Assembly (NCBI GenBank): GCA_965248835.1
Contig: CBDFLJ010000002.1
Location: forward strand, 544,001 to 608,000
From: Alphaproteobacteria bacterium
GTDB taxonomy: Bacteria > Pseudomonadota > Alphaproteobacteria > MPNO01
Direction of reading: 5' to 3'
DNA: 64,000 bases
Shown: positions 61,650 through 64,000 of the stretch, piece by piece
How positions within the stretch are numbered: the first letter of the stretch is position 1
How the letters are laid out: every line of letters begins with the position of its first letter
Translations under genes and position numbers: made by a program
Notes under the pieces: generated by a model
The model's input: the letters and a program-made list of their open reading frames with translations, nothing else
Told to the model about the DNA's origin: nothing
Database searches by the model: none

Positions 61650-63161
61650 ATGGCCGACGACATGGGCAATGTGATCGGCAAGGTCGCCGGAGACGGCGCG
61701 GCGCCGCGGATGGAGAACGAGCTCCGCATCCCCTATACCGACTTGCGCGAATGGCTCGAGGAGGCCGAGAAGCTGGGCGAGGTCAAGCACGTCCAGGGCG
61801 CGAGCTGGGAGCGCGACATCGGCATGGCCGCCGAGGTCGTCCTGCACGACGACAAGGCGCCCTGCGTGGTCTTCGAGGATGTGCCCGGCACGATCGAGGG
61901 CAGCCGTGTGCTGACCAACTTCTTTTCGTCCAAGCGTATGGGCTTGACGCTGGGCTTCCCCTCCGAGCTGTCCAAGATCGAGCTGACGGACGCTTTCCGG
62001 GCCAACTACATGGAGGATCTCAAGGAGATCCCCCACGTGTTCGTGGAGTCCGGGCCGGTCTGCGAGAACATCATGGAAGGCGATGACATCGACGTCGAAG
62101 TCTTCCCGACGCCCAAGTGGCACGACCAGGACGGCGGCCGCTATATCGGCACCGGCAGCTACAACGTGACCCGCGATCCTGACTCCGGCTGGATCAACAT
62201 CGGCACCTACCGGGTGATGATCCAGTCCAAGACCTCGGTCGGCTTCTACATCTCGCCCGGCAAGCACGGCCGCATCCACCGCGACAAATACCAGCAGCGC
62301 AAGGAGCCGATGCCGGCCGTCATCGTCTGCGGCGGCGACCCGATGACCTTCCTGATGGGCTGCTCCGAGGTGCCTCCCGGCGTGTGCGAGTTCGATGTCG
62401 TCGGCGGCTTTCGCGGCGAGGCGATGAAAATGATCAAGGGCAGGCACACCGGCCTGCCGTTCCCGGCCAATGCCGAGCTGGTGCTGGAGGGCTTCATCGA
62501 GCCCGACAACATGAAGGAGGAGGGTCCGTTCGGCGAGTGGACCGGTTATTACGGCTCCAAGATGCGCCGCGAGCCGGTGATGGACATCAAGGCGATTTAT
62601 TACCGCAACAACCCGATCCTCCTGGGCTGCCCGCCCCAGCGGCCGCCGGACGAGCTTGCCCGCTACCGCGCGGTCACCCGTTCGGCGCTGCTCAAGGAGA
62701 ACATAGCCAAGGCCGGTGTCCCCGACGTGACCGCGGCGTGGCTGCACGAGGTGGGCACCGCGCGCATGCTGGTCGCAGTCTCGATCAAGCAGCGCTATCC
62801 GGGCCACGCCAAGCAGGCCGGCCACATCGCCTGCCAGTGCCATGTCGGGGCCTATGCCGGCAAGTACGTCATCGTCACCGACGAGGATATCGATGTCTCC
62901 AACCTCGAGGAGCTGATCTGGGCGATGCTGACCCGGTCGGACCCCGCGACCTCGATCGACATCATCACCAACGCCTGGTCGACCCATCTCGACCCGCGCA
63001 TCCCGCCGTGGGAGAAGGAGAAGGGCAATCTGACCAACAGCCGGGCGATCATCGATGCCTGCCGGCCGTTTCACTGGAAGGACGAGTTCCCGCCGGTCAA
63101 CGCGCCGCCGCCGGCGATGGCGCGCGAGGCCCGCGAGAAGTGGGGCTGGCTCTGCGACTGA
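61650..63161 (+). CDS. UbiD family prFMN-dependent (de)carboxylase
   Basis: 'DLREWL', 'DGGRYIGT', 'NIGTYR', 'EGPFGEWTGYY', 'DEDID', 'IIDACRP'. Confidence 0.93.
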   Translation: MADDMGNVIGKVAGDGAAPRMENELRIPYTDLREWLEEAEKLGEVKHVQGASWERDIGMAAEVVLHDDKAPCVVFEDVPGTIEGSRVLTNFFSSKRMGLTLGFPSELSKIELTDAFRANYMEDLKEIPHVFVESGPVCENIMEGDDIDVEVFPTPKWHDQDGGRYIGTGSYNVTRDPDSGWINIGTYRVMIQSKTSVGFYISPGKHGRIHRDKYQQRKEPMPAVIVCGGDPMTFLMGCSEVPPGVCEFDVVGGFRGEAMKMIKGRHTGLPFPANAELVLEGFIEPDNMKEEGPFGEWTGYYGSKMRREPVMDIKAIYYRNNPILLGCPPQRPPDELARYRAVTRSALLKENIAKAGVPDVTAAWLHEVGTARMLVAVSIKQRYPGHAKQAGHIACQCHVGAYAGKYVIVTDEDIDVSNLEELIWAMLTRSDPATSIDIITNAWSTHLDPRIPPWEKEKGNLTNSRAIIDACRPFHWKDEFPPVNAPPPAMAREAREKWGWLCD

Positions 63162-63207
63162 GGGCCGGCGGTTCCGATTCCGTATCGGCGTAAGCGTCAG
63201 TACTCTG

Positions 63208-63240
63208 AACCGCCGCGGTGGCAACGCCGCGGCGGTTTTT
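63208..63240 (+). terminator. Intrinsic terminator-like hairpin between the two UbiD genes
   Basis: AACCGCCGCGG-TG-GCAA-CG-CCGCGGCGGTT followed by TTT; GNRA loop, 11 perfect bp plus 2. Confidence 0.65.
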
Positions 63241-63256
63241 GCGAGAGGCCGGATCA

Positions 63257-64000
63257 ATGCAGCCCAACGATGCGATCCAGACCGATCTGAGGGCCTTCCT
63301 GGCCGCGGTCGAAGACGGCGGCGAGTTGAAATCCGTCACCGGTGCCCATTGGAACCGTGAAATCGGTGCGGTGACCGAGGTGCTCTACCGCGAGAAGGTC
63401 GACAAGTCTCCGCTGCTCCTGTTCGACGACGTGCCCGGGTACCCCAGCGGCATGCGCTGCCTGTACGGCATGCTGGGCTCGCCGCTGCGGCTTGCGCTCG
63501 GGCTCGGGCTCGGGCTCGATGCGGCCCGATCGGACGACCGGCGGGCGATGCTCGATGCCTATCGGGCGCGCATCAAGCAGCACGACCCGATCCCGCCGCG
63601 CGTGGTCGACACCGGCCCGGTGATGGAAAACATCGACCGCGACGGCGCGGTCGACCTGCTGAAATTCCCGGTGCCGATCCATCACGAGCAGGACGGCGGG
63701 CGCTATATCGGCACCGCCTGCGGCGTGGTCACCCGCGATCCGGACAGCGGGCGCATCAATGTCGGCACCTACCGGGTCCAGGTGAACGGCCCCAACATCG
63801 CGACCTCCTACATCTCCAACGGCAAGCAGGGCCGCATCCAGCGCGACAAGTACCTGGCCGCCGGCAAGCCGTGCCCAATGGCGATCATCGTCGGCATCGA
63901 CCCCGCAACCTATATCGCGGCCCGCTACACGCTGTCCGATCAGATCCCGGAGCTCGACTGGGCCGGCGGGCTGACCGGCCGGCCGATCGAGGTCGTCGAA
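63257..64000 (+). CDS. Second UbiD family decarboxylase (3' truncated by window)
   Basis: Translated by hand: 'MQPNDAIQTDLRAFL...EIGAV...PLLLFDDVPGY...DLLKFPVPIHHEQDGGRYIGT...NVGTYRVQ'. Confidence 0.9.
   Translation, partial: MQPNDAIQTDLRAFLAAVEDGGELKSVTGAHWNREIGAVTEVLYREKVDKSPLLLFDDVPGYPSGMRCLYGMLGSPLRLALGLGLGLDAARSDDRRAMLDAYRARIKQHDPIPPRVVDTGPVMENIDRDGAVDLLKFPVPIHHEQDGGRYIGTACGVVTRDPDSGRINVGTYRVQVNGPNIATSYISNGKQGRIQRDKYLAAGKPCPMAIIVGIDPATYIAARYTLSDQIPELDWAGGLTGRPIEVVE

Noticed and set aside
63497-63518. CTCGGG hexamer repeat in the second ubiD
   Set aside because: In-frame LGLGLG; length change would not shift the frame, so there is no evidence for phase variation

Overview
High-GC (roughly 70%) alphaproteobacterial chromosome segment, Rhodospirillales-like by gene order. 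It has a conserved core backbone: proX/ybaK-cnoX-LON-trm112-DUF971, slt/dapA-smpB, udg-NYN/folK-rpoZ-rsh-pdxJ-acpS-lepB-rnc-era-recO-parC, bpt, hemB, rpoH-type sigma and livHMGF. Interleaved are small clusters of orphan catabolic enzymes: LLM and flavin monooxygenases, a MmgE/PrpD protein, a degenerate M24 pair, a lone Mo-hydroxylase large subunit, enolase and FAH enzymes, LigJ with an HpaI aldolase, and tandem UbiD decarboxylases. Two tRNA-Gly genes (GCC, CCC) face each other across a 6.2 kb catabolic block. I saw no integrase, transposase, prophage or CRISPR array. The main candidates for novelty are: (i) a Rieske ferredoxin / small unknown protein / amidohydrolase-fold operon with the ligand signature of dimetal oxygenases; (ii) an archaeal-type CTP-dependent riboflavin kinase leading a catabolic operon; (iii) an M24+M24+MmgE operon with systematically substituted catalytic residues; (iv) a terminator/antiterminator-like switch between two UbiD genes; (v) a Cys-rich MarR divergent from an rpoH paralog, with repeated TCGA-N-TCG boxes between them; (vi) a TRAP transporter with enlarged subunits. 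All functional calls come from motif recognition by eye, not database searches. Start codons were chosen manually.
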